Of a stretch of DNA of 64,000 nucleotides, positions 52,726 to 63,197 are shown piece after piece; within the stretch, counting starts at the first letter, position 1; each line of letters begins with the position of its first letter. The stretch is from an uncultured bacterium (lineage in GTDB: Bacteria > Patescibacteriota > Minisyncoccia > Phycocordibacterales > GWA1-40-21). The stretch spans positions 108,906-172,905 of the forward strand of contig OY970290.1 of the NCBI GenBank assembly GCA_963716205.1, given 5' to 3'. Both the position numbers and the translations under genes were made by a program. The notes below the pieces were generated by a model. That model was given only the letters and a program-made list of their open reading frames with translations, had not been told where the DNA came from and made no database searches.

Positions 52726-53688
52726 TTATCTTATGTATTTTCCAATATTTTTTTCATTGTCGAATGTAAGATTGATGCCGTCAAAGAATGCCCGTATCAA
52801 TATTTTCGATCGTTCAACGGTGAATGTATGTATCCCCAGTTTTATAAAAGCATAAGCGATTTTCATTGAGATTCCAAACATGCCGTTGACACAGAGGGAT
52901 AATTTCGTTTGCGACTTTGTCATTAATGCCAGAGCATATCGATTCCTTGTCATGAAAAATAATTTAACCGAACTTACATTTTTATCAAAAGATGCCAGAG
53001 GAGACAAGATATCAGAAAACGTGTGGTCAATATCATCAATCATCGGCTGATAGGTTTTATATGTCGTGTAACCACTCTCGTTTATTCTGAAGAAGTATTC
53101 AGTATCATCGGCATACAAATAAAACGGTTCAAAAGGGGGATCCGTTTTTTCAATGGCCTTAAAAGGCATAAAAGTGCCGCCATATCGGAAGGCACCGCAC
53201 GGAAGATGTATAACTGGCTGGAAAACGCCGTTTTCTTTTCTTTTCTTAAATTTAAAATAATTTATTTTAAAAATTTCTTTTTTCGATACGGGGCGTGCCG
53301 AATTAAAATTATCATTGCGATTTGCCCGTAAAATGACATTCTCTTTGCCAGGGAAGTAGTTTAATATGTGTATAAAATAATCTGACCAGTTATTTTCAAT
53401 AACATTATCATCGTCGAGGAATAATACATAATCGCTTTTATTTTTTATAGCTTCAAGAATTCCTGCCCGAAAGCCGCCAGCAGAACCGCGATTTTCCTTG
53501 TGCCTGACCAAAATGATTTTCTTCTTTTGATCATTTTTTATATACGCGTCTATTTCAGCGCCATTTTCTGAACCGTTATCGACCAAAATAATTTTATCGA
53601 CACGGCTGTCGGAAATTACCGCATTGAGCGTTTTTTCCAAAAACACGAATCTTTTTCCGTATGTCACTGTTATGACGTTTATTTTCAT
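52726..53688 (-). CDS. Glycosyltransferase family 2 (rhamnosyl/galactofuranosyl-transferase-like)
   Basis: VDNGS, ENRGSAGGF, LFLDDD, YADDTEY. Confidence 0.85.
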   Translation of the reverse strand: MKINVITVTYGKRFVFLEKTLNAVISDSRVDKIILVDNGSENGAEIDAYIKNDQKKKIILVRHKENRGSAGGFRAGILEAIKNKSDYVLFLDDDNVIENNWSDYFIHILNYFPGKENVILRANRNDNFNSARPVSKKEIFKINYFKFKKRKENGVFQPVIHLPCGAFRYGGTFMPFKAIEKTDPPFEPFYLYADDTEYFFRINESGYTTYKTYQPMIDDIDHTFSDILSPLASFDKNVSSVKLFFMTRNRYALALMTKSQTKLSLCVNGMFGISMKIAYAFIKLGIHTFTVERSKILIRAFFDGINLTFDNEKNIGKYIR

Positions 53689-53720
53689 TAAATTATTTTA
53701 ATCTGTTGACTACAAAAACT

Positions 53721-54683
53721 TCACGGCAAAAGCTGCTTAAATAATCGGACTATTTTTCTCATGGCGTTTTTTCCATGCGATAAAAATATATAGCTGTAAT
53801 ATATCAAGGCATATCCGGCGTCCCCGAATGATAATAAAAGATAGATGCATCTCACCAGCAAATTATTCGGGTTAATTTCAAATGATTTTTTCACATAGAA
53901 TTCCACTTTATCTTTTTTGTCATCGATAATAAACTGTCTGCCAAGATGAAAAAGCAATTTTGCATTATGTTTGAATTCAGCATGCTTATTGAGGATAATT
54001 TCAGCTTCCAAAAGCAGCTGGAGCTGATTAAAATTTTTCGTTATATTTGTCCTATGAATGTAGTAATTAAAAAGCGGATAATCAACGAAATCAAATTCGT
54101 AATTCTTTGATACTCGTATCCACATATCCCAATCATCCAAATATTTTAATTTCGTATCAAATGCACCGGTTTGAATCAAAGCTTCCTTTTTAATTAAAAT
54201 ATTTGTACAGCTCCAAATAAAATTTCCTGCTAAAATCGTATTAAAAACCTTACCGCTATATTTTATTTTATATTCAGTCTTTTTAATCTTATCTTTGCCT
54301 ACCGTTTCAATAATAGTCGCATTGCAGCCGACAAAGCCAACATTGGCAAAATTTGTTTTTTCAAACACCAAAAGCTGTTTTTCTAATTTTTCAGCCAGCC
54401 ACTCGTCATCCGAATCTAAAAAAGCGATAAATTCTCCCGCCGCTTTCTCTACGCCGACATTTCTGGGATTGGCAGGACCTCCAGAATTCTTTTGCCATAT
54501 ATATGCAATCCTAGCATCTTTTTCAATGAATTGATCCACCACTTTTTTTGTATCGTCAGTGGAACCGTCGTCTATAATAAGCAGCTCAAAATTTTTAAAG
54601 GTTTGATTCAAAACGCTGCTGATCGCTCGCGGTAATAAATCAGCTCTGTTATATGTTGGTATGATAACTGAAACTTTTGGCAT
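53721..54683 (-). CDS. Glycosyltransferase family 2
   Basis: VIIPTYNR, IDDGSTD, FLDSDD, DDWDMW. Confidence 0.9.
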   Translation of the reverse strand: MPKVSVIIPTYNRADLLPRAISSVLNQTFKNFELLIIDDGSTDDTKKVVDQFIEKDARIAYIWQKNSGGPANPRNVGVEKAAGEFIAFLDSDDEWLAEKLEKQLLVFEKTNFANVGFVGCNATIIETVGKDKIKKTEYKIKYSGKVFNTILAGNFIWSCTNILIKKEALIQTGAFDTKLKYLDDWDMWIRVSKNYEFDFVDYPLFNYYIHRTNITKNFNQLQLLLEAEIILNKHAEFKHNAKLLFHLGRQFIIDDKKDKVEFYVKKSFEINPNNLLVRCIYLLLSFGDAGYALIYYSYIFLSHGKNAMRKIVRLFKQLLP

Positions 54684-54692
54684 GATGTTTTT

Positions 54693-55493
54693 TCATTTTT
54701 TATCGTTGATAACCATTATCAGGTTTTCTTTACTATTGACTCCGTAGGTAAAGCACTCGTTATCACTGAATACACTTTTGTTTTGTATGATATTTAAGCT
54801 AAAATATTTTGACAATTCATCAAAAAATTGCCGTTTCGACACCACACGCACATGATCTTCCTGTCCATAAAATAATAATCTCAATTCATCAGTATTGATA
54901 TTGCGATCTTCAAAATGATTGTAGAGCAATTCTGAATACGGCGTCTGCAAAATCGCAATTCCGCCTTTCTTCAAAACCCTTGATATTTCTTCCAAGGCCT
55001 GCACATAATCAGGAACATGCTCAAGGACATGATTGCAAATTAATATGTCAAAGTGATCATCTTTAAAATCTATTTTTGTAATATCAATTTTCTTCCAATC
55101 ATCTTGCCTTGGAAACAAATCACATTTAATATACTCTTTTGGCGCGAGTTGTCCAATTTTCCGGGTTAATGGATTTTCAGGGGCAAAATGCAGAATTTTT
55201 GCGTTTTCAAATTTATCCCAGAAAGACAGCTTATCGAAAAACATAAATAGATGCCTGTCCCTGTCGTTGCAGTAGCAATAATGGCAGCCGAAATTTTCCA
55301 TATCGCTGTCAACCATCTGTAAATATTTCGTTATTTTTTTGTTTTTGTTATCGGTACGAAATTTGTAAAAATATCTGAATTGTTCACCGCAGATGTAGCA
55401 CTTTTTTGTCTTTATTTGTTTATTTATTGCAAGAAAATACGGCTTTGCAATTCTTTTGGCTGTTTTTTTGAAAGATTCGAATATATTTTTCAT
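54693..55493 (-). CDS. SAM-dependent methyltransferase with N-terminal Cys motifs
   Basis: CYIC..CHYC..DRDR, ILHFAPE, ICNHVLEHV, YGQEDHVR. Confidence 0.85.
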   Translation of the reverse strand: MKNIFESFKKTAKRIAKPYFLAINKQIKTKKCYICGEQFRYFYKFRTDNKNKKITKYLQMVDSDMENFGCHYCYCNDRDRHLFMFFDKLSFWDKFENAKILHFAPENPLTRKIGQLAPKEYIKCDLFPRQDDWKKIDITKIDFKDDHFDILICNHVLEHVPDYVQALEEISRVLKKGGIAILQTPYSELLYNHFEDRNINTDELRLLFYGQEDHVRVVSKRQFFDELSKYFSLNIIQNKSVFSDNECFTYGVNSKENLIMVINDKK

Positions 55494-55494
55494 T

Positions 55495-56469
55495 TTATTT
55501 TCCATTTTTAGCAACGGTGCTTGTTATCCATAATTTCATTTTTGGCAGGTTAAAAAACATGTAGGGAATTGATATATAATAGCAGATTGTGAAGACAAAC
55601 AGTATCAGGGGATCTTCCTTGTAATAGTTGAATATTTTTCGGTATTTGTTTTTAGATTCGAAATAATACTTTTTTGGCCAAAGAGCTATATTCACGAGCA
55701 TTGGCCGTATAAAATGCATCAATAATTTCCTTTTTTCCTTTTTGAAAGTTTTCTTTGCAAGTTTTCCGCTCTTCACTTGTTCGGTCAAAAGAAAAATATA
55801 GTTGTCTAAAAATACTTCGAGCAAATCATAACCGCCCTTTGTGCTTGGATGGATGGATTCAAATAATTTTTCATTATCAACGAATATCGATTTTCCGGAA
55901 TTGATTAATCCAAACATAACTTCCATGTGAGGAAATCGCAATGTTGCTCGCCTGCTGAAATTTTTTATTTTTGCAAAATCTTCCCTCCAGATTCCAAATG
56001 TCGGCATCCATGTCGCATAGAAAGATACATGCTGTATGAATGAATCAAGATTATCAATCAAACGAGTATTGAAATTCTTAAAAATACCGTTTGAGAAAAA
56101 TAAAATATTTTTTTTAATCTGATTTTCATATATGATTTCGATCATGGCATCAAGCGATCCATCAATATGTTTCAATGTGTCGTTGTTTAATTTCAGAAAT
56201 ACTCCTTTTCCATACGACAGAGATTTTTCCAAATTTGCGTCCACAATATTTGATTCATTTTTATAATACCTGACTTTTTCACCGTATAGTTGTATATAAT
56301 CAGACACTATTTTTTCTGTCTCGTCTCCGGAACAATCGTCAGATATTATTATTTCCACATCATTCGTTTCCGTAAATCTTTTTTGATTCGCGACGGAAAA
56401 AATAACCTCTTTCAAATACATCGGTCTTTTATAGGTCGGAATGCAAATGCTTAATAACGGATCGTTCAT
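55495..56469 (-). CDS. Glycosyltransferase family 2
   Basis: LSICIPTYKR, ISDDCS.D.T, LNND. Confidence 0.85.
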   Translation of the reverse strand: MNDPLLSICIPTYKRPMYLKEVIFSVANQKRFTETNDVEIIISDDCSGDETEKIVSDYIQLYGEKVRYYKNESNIVDANLEKSLSYGKGVFLKLNNDTLKHIDGSLDAMIEIIYENQIKKNILFFSNGIFKNFNTRLIDNLDSFIQHVSFYATWMPTFGIWREDFAKIKNFSRRATLRFPHMEVMFGLINSGKSIFVDNEKLFESIHPSTKGGYDLLEVFLDNYIFLLTEQVKSGKLAKKTFKKEKRKLLMHFIRPMLVNIALWPKKYYFESKNKYRKIFNYYKEDPLILFVFTICYYISIPYMFFNLPKMKLWITSTVAKNGK

Positions 56470-56473
56470 GATT

Positions 56474-57772
56474 TTAATTTTTCAAAAATATTCTTTTCAT
56501 ATCATGCCGTGTTTGTTTGAACAACAACAATGCAAGCGGACCGAGCGAATATGAAATGAGCGTCGCGTAAGCAGAGCCGATGATTCCATATCTTGGTATC
56601 CAGAGAATGTTCAATGTAACATTTATTATCATGGGTATAAAGGTTCTAAAAACCAAAACTTTTCTGTTATTTCCGGCTATGAGATACGTGTCGGTCAATG
56701 TCGATAAAAAGGTGCCTACCAAGGCCCAAATATATATTTGCAAAATTACGCTTGCGCCCATGAATGCAGGACCATAAATCAAATGGATGAGAAATGGCGA
56801 GAGTATCGTCATAACGAATGATATGCCAATCGCGAGCGCAAGAAGCAGATACGAAAGTTTTTTCAATCTTGCATGATACAGTTCTTCCGAAGTCTTTTTT
56901 GCATTTATAATAGCGGGGAATAATGATGAAACAAGAATGGTCGGCACAAAACCCCACACTTCCGCAAGTATGACTGCAACACTATAGATACCAACGGGTT
57001 TTGCACCGAGCATATTTTTGATAAGAACTTGATCTATTCGTGCATAAATCAAACAAAAAGCGCCGGTAAATATAAGCGGCCACGAATCGATCAATAATTT
57101 TTTCGCTATAGCTCCGTCAAATTTCCATGAAAATAATTTTCCCTCTATTTTTTTCTCGTAGAAGAACCAATACAGCATTGCATATAATACTGATCCGAAC
57201 AGAGTGACAAAAGCCAGATAGATGACGCCTTTGCCGCTCAATATGACTGTGACCTCAAGCGCATTGATTACAAAATTCACGATTGAAGAGATGATGGACG
57301 GATATTTTGATTTTACCTGCGACTGGAATTCAAAATTGATTATCTGGAAAGCGTTAAAGATAAAAGTTCCCGAAAGTATGACGATAAGTATTTTTGACAC
57401 ATCATCTTGCGCGAAAAAAATTGCAAAAATGCAAACAAGGATTGCTGTAATGAAACCAGCCATTAGTTTGATCATAAGAGCGGAACCAAGATACTCTTTC
57501 TTTTTTTCAGGGTATTTGATGAGCTCTCTATACAGGATGCTGTCGATGCCAAGTGTTGCCAAAACGGAAAAAATACTGATAAAGCTCAATGCATAGCTTA
57601 ATTGTCCGAAATTTCCCGGTCCCAATCTTCTGGCAATGATGATCGTTGCAAAAAAAGACAACACCATGCTGAATATTTGAGCGCCAAACATCCAACCGGT
57701 GTTTTGGAAATATTTTTGGAATCCGATATCTCGCCACTTTGCTTTTATATAAGCCATATGTGCATTCTCCAT
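56474..57772 (-). CDS. wzx: Polysaccharide flippase (Wzx/MOP family)
   Basis: YFQNTGWM, ARRLGPGNFG, IYARIDQVLI, VGIYSVA, IPRYGIIGSAYAT; many TM helices. Confidence 0.9.
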   Translation of the reverse strand: MENAHMAYIKAKWRDIGFQKYFQNTGWMFGAQIFSMVLSFFATIIIARRLGPGNFGQLSYALSFISIFSVLATLGIDSILYRELIKYPEKKKEYLGSALMIKLMAGFITAILVCIFAIFFAQDDVSKILIVILSGTFIFNAFQIINFEFQSQVKSKYPSIISSIVNFVINALEVTVILSGKGVIYLAFVTLFGSVLYAMLYWFFYEKKIEGKLFSWKFDGAIAKKLLIDSWPLIFTGAFCLIYARIDQVLIKNMLGAKPVGIYSVAVILAEVWGFVPTILVSSLFPAIINAKKTSEELYHARLKKLSYLLLALAIGISFVMTILSPFLIHLIYGPAFMGASVILQIYIWALVGTFLSTLTDTYLIAGNNRKVLVFRTFIPMIINVTLNILWIPRYGIIGSAYATLISYSLGPLALLLFKQTRHDMKRIFLKN

Positions 57773-57839
57773 AATCCGTAATAGCTTAGCATTTTTGTGT
57801 TACAATAGCATCTGTAAAAAACGGAACAATTTTCATCAA

Positions 57840-58442
57840 ATGGACATCAATAAACTCAAATCCAACAAATTTTTGAGATGGTTATTTCGCAAACCGGCAT
57901 TTTTTACTGCGGATAATACAAAAATAAAAGGCGTTGAAATAGGCGCTTTCACTTATGGCGTTCCAATCATCGGCAAAGTGACGGATACTTACAGTTTGAA
58001 AATCGGCAGATTCTGCTCAATTGCCGACAATGTAAGAATTTTTGTCGACAGCGATCATAATCCCGATTCCATTTCAACATATCCTTTTGCAAACATATTT
58101 AAAGATATTCCGGAAATAAGCGGCAGATACACCGGCAACGGCAATATGGAGATTGGCAACGATGTATGGATAGGATCAAGCGTCTTAATTCTTCCGGGCG
58201 TTACCATTGGCGACGGTGCTATTGTCGGAGCAGGTTCCATCGTTACAAAAAATATTGAAGATTATGAAATTGTCGGCGGCAATCCAGCCAAGCATATCAG
58301 GCATAGATTTAGTCCGGAACAAATCAAATCTTTGAAAAAAATTGCCTGGTGGAATTGGGATTTGCAGAAAATTAAAAAAGATGTGCCGTTATTGTTGTCA
58401 GAAAATATAGACGAATTTATCAAAAAGCATGAAATAAATTAG
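57840..58442 (+). CDS. Hexapeptide-repeat O-acetyltransferase (CatB/Vat-like)
   Basis: IGRFCSIA, DH..STYPF, IGNDVWIG..ILPGVTIGDGAIVGAGSIVTK, GNPAK, IAWWNW. Confidence 0.88.
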   Translation: MDINKLKSNKFLRWLFRKPAFFTADNTKIKGVEIGAFTYGVPIIGKVTDTYSLKIGRFCSIADNVRIFVDSDHNPDSISTYPFANIFKDIPEISGRYTGNGNMEIGNDVWIGSSVLILPGVTIGDGAIVGAGSIVTKNIEDYEIVGGNPAKHIRHRFSPEQIKSLKKIAWWNWDLQKIKKDVPLLLSENIDEFIKKHEIN

Positions 58443-58503
58443 CAAAACCTTTTTATTTTTTTATGCTATAATCAAAAGCATTAAAATTTAATCACGAATT
58501 ATC

Positions 58504-60633
58504 ATGAATATGAAAAATGTTTCCAGATATGTTATTTTTATCGGCCTATGGTCGGTACTTCTCATTCCGTTTTATGTGGCGACCAGCATGTTTTTTCCGT
58601 TTATTTCCGGAAAAAACTTTGCGTTCAGAATCATCATTGAAATTATGTTCGCTCTCTGGGTATATCTCGCATATATAGATGTAAAGTATCGCCCGAAGCT
58701 CTCATGGCTTTTGAAAACAATCGGAATTTTTGTCATTGTCATGCTTATCGCGGATATTTTTGCCGTCAATCCGATGAAAGCACTGTGGAGCAATTACGAA
58801 AGAATGGACGGCTGGGTGACGATCATTCACATGTTCATGTATTTCCTCGTGCTCGGCTCAATGATGAAGGCGGAGAAAATCTGGCTGTGGTTTTTCCGAT
58901 CATCCGTAGCTATGTCCGTGATCATGTTTATCATTGCAATCGGGGAATATTATTCCGGCGGTCCGACAAATACCATGACAACGCTCGGCAATACGATTTA
59001 TGTCGCGGTCTATTTTCTTTTTAACTTTTTCTTTACGCTCATTCTTTTGTATAAAGATGTGATCGTCAAATCTGCCGGCACGCTGGCATCTATCTTTAGT
59101 AAATGGCTGACGTATGTTTATTTGATTGCGGCGATACTCTTTGCATACGGAGTTTGGATAACGGGAACACGAGGAGCGATACTTGGTCTTATCGGCGGCT
59201 TGATCATGACGGCAGTCATCATCATTATTTTTGAGAAAGAAAACAAAATAATGAAAAAACTTTCCGTGGCTTTGATTGTGGCGATTGTTATCGTTGTCGG
59301 AGGATTTTTTGCCGTCAAGAATACGCAGTTTGTAAAAAAGAATTCGATTCTCAACAGTTTTGCCGTTATTTCTTGGAATAGCATCAACGGACAGGGTCAA
59401 GCCAGACAGCTTATCTGGCCGCTCGCAATCAAAGGTTTTCTTGAAAAACCGATCCTCGGCTGGGGGCAGGAAGGTTTCAATTATGTCTTCAATAAATATT
59501 ATGATCCAAGACTGTATAATCAAGAACAATGGTTTGATCGGGCTCACGACGAGCCGCTCGATATGCTTGTTGCCGGGGGCGCGCTCGGGCTTCTCGCATA
59601 TCTTTCCATGTTTGTCGCCGCAATATATCTTTTGTGGAAAAAGAAAAATGTGCTCGGAGTGACGGATGCCGCGCTTATCGTCGGACTTCTCGCAGGATAT
59701 TTTTTCCAAGGGCTGTTTGTGTTCGACAATCTTTTCAGTTACGTATTTTTCTACACAGTGCTCGCATATATTCATTCGCGTGATGTGGAAAGCGGGGTTC
59801 ACGTCGTTCCAGTCAAAAATCTTCCGAAAGAAAAAAATAACGATGAAATGGCAAATTATGTTGTCTTACCCGTTCTCATTATCGCGCTGTGTACATCGAT
59901 TTATTTTGCAAACATAAAGCCGATTGAAGCGAATCTTACTTTGATCCAGGCGATGCAGCAATATCAGCAAGGTCCGTCAGAAAATCTGCAGTATTTCAAA
60001 AATGCATTCGCATACAATACATTTGGCAGTCCGGAAATTCGCGAACAGCTTATCACGATTGCGGCGCAAGTCGCTTCGACGGCGAGCATTGATGCGACAA
60101 CAAAGCAGGATTTTGTGAATTATGCCTATAGCCAAATGCAGGAGCAGTTGAAAGAGACTCCGCTTGATGCAAGGTATTGGTTTTTCACCGGAACATTTCT
60201 GGACAACATAAATCAGTATCAATTGGCGATCCCGTTTTTGCAAAAAGCAATTTCTCTTTCGCCGACGAAACAGACGATGATGTTTGAATTGCAGAAAGCG
60301 TATTCATACACCGGGCAATATTCTCAAGCGCTTGCGATCGCCAAGCAGGCATATGAGCTTGATACGGACGATGCCGATGCGCAGTCAAGTTATCTTGCCG
60401 CTGCAATATTGAATAATGATACCGCGCTTGCCACCGAGCTCTGGGGAAATGCAACGACCACGACAAACAGCACGATTTTGCAGGCGTATCTAATTGAAGC
60501 ATCCACTGCGCTGCAGGGCGGAGATGAAAAGACGGCGATCGCCGATGTGCAAAAAGATATTGCAATTGATCCGACTTTTGCAAGCCAGGGAAATTCAATT
60601 ATCCAGCAAATCCAAAGTGGCGCGATAAAATAA
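58504..60633 (+). CDS. O-antigen ligase / oligosaccharyltransferase family membrane protein with C-terminal TPRs
   Basis: About 12 TM helices; TLGNT, TGTRGA, R.LIW....GF.EKPILGWG.E.F, DRAHD; TPR-like tail. Confidence 0.85.
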   Translation: MNMKNVSRYVIFIGLWSVLLIPFYVATSMFFPFISGKNFAFRIIIEIMFALWVYLAYIDVKYRPKLSWLLKTIGIFVIVMLIADIFAVNPMKALWSNYERMDGWVTIIHMFMYFLVLGSMMKAEKIWLWFFRSSVAMSVIMFIIAIGEYYSGGPTNTMTTLGNTIYVAVYFLFNFFFTLILLYKDVIVKSAGTLASIFSKWLTYVYLIAAILFAYGVWITGTRGAILGLIGGLIMTAVIIIIFEKENKIMKKLSVALIVAIVIVVGGFFAVKNTQFVKKNSILNSFAVISWNSINGQGQARQLIWPLAIKGFLEKPILGWGQEGFNYVFNKYYDPRLYNQEQWFDRAHDEPLDMLVAGGALGLLAYLSMFVAAIYLLWKKKNVLGVTDAALIVGLLAGYFFQGLFVFDNLFSYVFFYTVLAYIHSRDVESGVHVVPVKNLPKEKNNDEMANYVVLPVLIIALCTSIYFANIKPIEANLTLIQAMQQYQQGPSENLQYFKNAFAYNTFGSPEIREQLITIAAQVASTASIDATTKQDFVNYAYSQMQEQLKETPLDARYWFFTGTFLDNINQYQLAIPFLQKAISLSPTKQTMMFELQKAYSYTGQYSQALAIAKQAYELDTDDADAQSSYLAAAILNNDTALATELWGNATTTTNSTILQAYLIEASTALQGGDEKTAIADVQKDIAIDPTFASQGNSIIQQIQSGAIK

Positions 60634-60651
60634 TTGATCGCATCCAGATGG

Positions 60652-60690
60652 AAAATGAAAAAATCCGCTTCAAGCGGATTTTTTCATTTT
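60652..60690. terminator. Intrinsic terminator before secA
   Basis: AAAATGAAAAAATCCGCT-TCA-AGCGGATTTTTTCATTTT. Confidence 0.8.
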
Positions 60691-60708
60691 ATGCTATGAT
60701 ATTTTCCT

Positions 60709-63195
60709 ATGTTTTTAGATAATATTTTCGGCACGAGATATGATAAAATCGTAAAAGAAATACGGCCAATTGTTGAGACAATCGGCTCTTTTGAGGCTGA
60801 TTTGGAAAAGCGTGCGGATGAAGATTTGCAGGCAAAAACGGCTGAATTCAAATCACGAATTGCAAAAGGAGAAAGTCTCGACGATATCTTGCCGGAAGCG
60901 TTTGCGACTGTCCGCGAAACGGCAAAAAGAACTTTAGGACAGAGGCATTTTGACGTGCAGATGATTGGCGGCATTATTTTACATCGAGGAAATATTTCCG
61001 AAATGAAAACTGGAGAAGGAAAAACGCTTGTGGCGACATTGCCGGTCTATCTCAATGCTCTCACAGGTTTTGGCGTCCATGTCATTACGGTCAACGATTA
61101 TCTTTCGCGCAGGGACGCTGTGTGGATGGGACAGATTTACAATGCACTCGGGCTTACCGTCGGCGTCATCAATCACGAAGCGTCATATCTGTATGATCCG
61201 GCGCACATATCATCGCCGCAGGAAGAAACGGAACTCGATAAAAAAAGGGATGAACTCGGATCGTTCAAAGTCGTGCATGAATTTCTACGACCGTGCACGC
61301 GCCGCGAAGCATACGCGGCAGATATCACATACGGAACGAATAATGAATTCGGTTTTGATTACCTGCGCGACAATATTGAATATAATGTCCTCAATCTCCG
61401 CCAGCGCGAATATAATTTTGCAATTGTCGATGAAGTCGATTCCATTTTGATCGATGAGGCGAGAACACCGCTCATTATTTCCGCTCCGACCGCGGACTCG
61501 GAAACTTTGTATGATACGTTTACGAAAATTGTAAGGGGTTTTGTGCGTGACGAGGATTTTACCGTTGATGAAAAAAGAAAAGCGATCGAGCTTACCGATA
61601 GTGGCATTAACAAAGCCGAAAAAGCGCTCGGTGTGGAAAATATTTATACCGAAGGCGGCATCAAATACGTTCATTATCTGCAGACGGCAGTCCGCGCAAA
61701 AGCACTTTTTGAACTGAACAAAGATTACGTGGTCAAGGACGGCGAGATTGTCATTGTCGATGAATTTACCGGCAGACTTCAGCCAGGCAGGCGATGGTCC
61801 GAAGGGTTGCATCAGGCTATCGAATCCAAAGAAGGTGTCAAAGTGCAGAAAGAATCAAGGACTTTTGCGTCAATCACATTCCAGAATTATTTCAGGATGT
61901 ATAAAAAGATCGCCGGCATGACGGGAACCGCACTCACCTCGAGCGAAGAATTTTTCAAGGTCTATCACATGGATACCATTCCGGTGCCGACCAACGTTCC
62001 CGTTGCGCGAAAAGATTTCAATGATTTGATCTTCCAGACGGAGCAGGGTAAATTCAAAGCGTTGGCGCGAATGATCAAAGAAAAGAATAAAGCCGGACAG
62101 CCGGTGCTCATTGGCACGGTCTCAATAGAAAAAAATGAAATCTTTTCCGAATTTTTGAAACGGGAAGGAATTCCGCACAATCTTTTGAATGCAAAAAATC
62201 ACGAACGCGAAGGCGAGATCACCGCTCAAGCAGGAAAGCTCGGCGCGGTCACTGTCGCCACCAACATGGCGGGCAGAGGAGTCGACATCAAGCTCGGCGG
62301 AATGCCATTTGACCAGAGCCAATATGAAAAAGTCAAAGCGCTCGGCGGACTATGCGTTTTCGGCACCGAACGCCACGATGCACGGAGAATTGACAATCAA
62401 TTGCGGGGCCGCGCAGGCAGGCAAGGCGATCCGGGAGAAACGAGATTTTTCGTTTCGCTTGAGGATTCGCTCATGCGGATTTTTGCGAGCGATACAGTGA
62501 AAAAATTGATGAACCGATTCGGCATACCGGAAGACGAGCCGATAGAAAATTCTCTCATCACGCGATCACTTGAAGGCGCACAAACCAAAATCGAAGGATT
62601 TAATTTTGATACTCGAAAGCAGGTACTGGAGTACGACGATGTTTTGAATTTTCAGAGAAAAACGATTTATGAAAGGCGAAGGAAAATTCTGCTTGCCGAT
62701 ATTGCTTTCATCAAAGAAAGACTCACTGAAATCATAGTTGATGAAAATTCTCAGAAAATAATTGCGGAGAAAATTTCTGTGCTTGGTGAGGAAGAATTTT
62801 ATCGTATCGTGCGCATTACCATGCTACAAGCTATTGATATGTTCTGGGTTGATCATTTGGAAATAATGGATTATTTGCGTGGCTCAGTGAATTTGCGCGC
62901 CTACGGCCAACGAGATCCGCTTGTGGAGTATAAAAGAGAAGGATTGAGATTATTCAAAGATATGCAGGAAGCGACGAATACTCAGATTATTAATTTACTA
63001 CCGCATATTGGAGCTGGAGCATTTCAGGCAGCAGAAGCAAAGCTCAAAGAAACCCAAAAACACATGAAGGAAGCTGGCGCGGAGGGTAAATCTGATAATC
63101 AGTCGAGCATAACATCAAAGAAAGAAAAAATTGGCAGAAATGATCCTTGTCCATGCGGTTCAGGGAAAAAATATAAGAATTGTCACGGAAAATAG
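60709..63195 (+). CDS. secA: Preprotein translocase ATPase SecA
   Basis: EMKTGEGKT, VDEVDSILIDEARTPLIIS, ATNMAGRGVDI, QLRGRAGRQGDPG, SEC-C GRNDPCPCGSGKKYKNCHG. Confidence 0.98.
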   Translation: MFLDNIFGTRYDKIVKEIRPIVETIGSFEADLEKRADEDLQAKTAEFKSRIAKGESLDDILPEAFATVRETAKRTLGQRHFDVQMIGGIILHRGNISEMKTGEGKTLVATLPVYLNALTGFGVHVITVNDYLSRRDAVWMGQIYNALGLTVGVINHEASYLYDPAHISSPQEETELDKKRDELGSFKVVHEFLRPCTRREAYAADITYGTNNEFGFDYLRDNIEYNVLNLRQREYNFAIVDEVDSILIDEARTPLIISAPTADSETLYDTFTKIVRGFVRDEDFTVDEKRKAIELTDSGINKAEKALGVENIYTEGGIKYVHYLQTAVRAKALFELNKDYVVKDGEIVIVDEFTGRLQPGRRWSEGLHQAIESKEGVKVQKESRTFASITFQNYFRMYKKIAGMTGTALTSSEEFFKVYHMDTIPVPTNVPVARKDFNDLIFQTEQGKFKALARMIKEKNKAGQPVLIGTVSIEKNEIFSEFLKREGIPHNLLNAKNHEREGEITAQAGKLGAVTVATNMAGRGVDIKLGGMPFDQSQYEKVKALGGLCVFGTERHDARRIDNQLRGRAGRQGDPGETRFFVSLEDSLMRIFASDTVKKLMNRFGIPEDEPIENSLITRSLEGAQTKIEGFNFDTRKQVLEYDDVLNFQRKTIYERRRKILLADIAFIKERLTEIIVDENSQKIIAEKISVLGEEEFYRIVRITMLQAIDMFWVDHLEIMDYLRGSVNLRAYGQRDPLVEYKREGLRLFKDMQEATNTQIINLLPHIGAGAFQAAEAKLKETQKHMKEAGAEGKSDNQSSITSKKEKIGRNDPCPCGSGKKYKNCHGK

Positions 63196-63197
63196 TT

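Noticed and set aside
57840-58442. Chloramphenicol/streptogramin resistance gene
   Set aside because: The hexapeptide acetyltransferase family is broad, and its position between wzx and the ligase favours sugar O-acetylation.
58900-59802. 300-aa minus-strand ORF
   Set aside because: Entirely antisense to the ligase-family gene, with no recognisable motifs.
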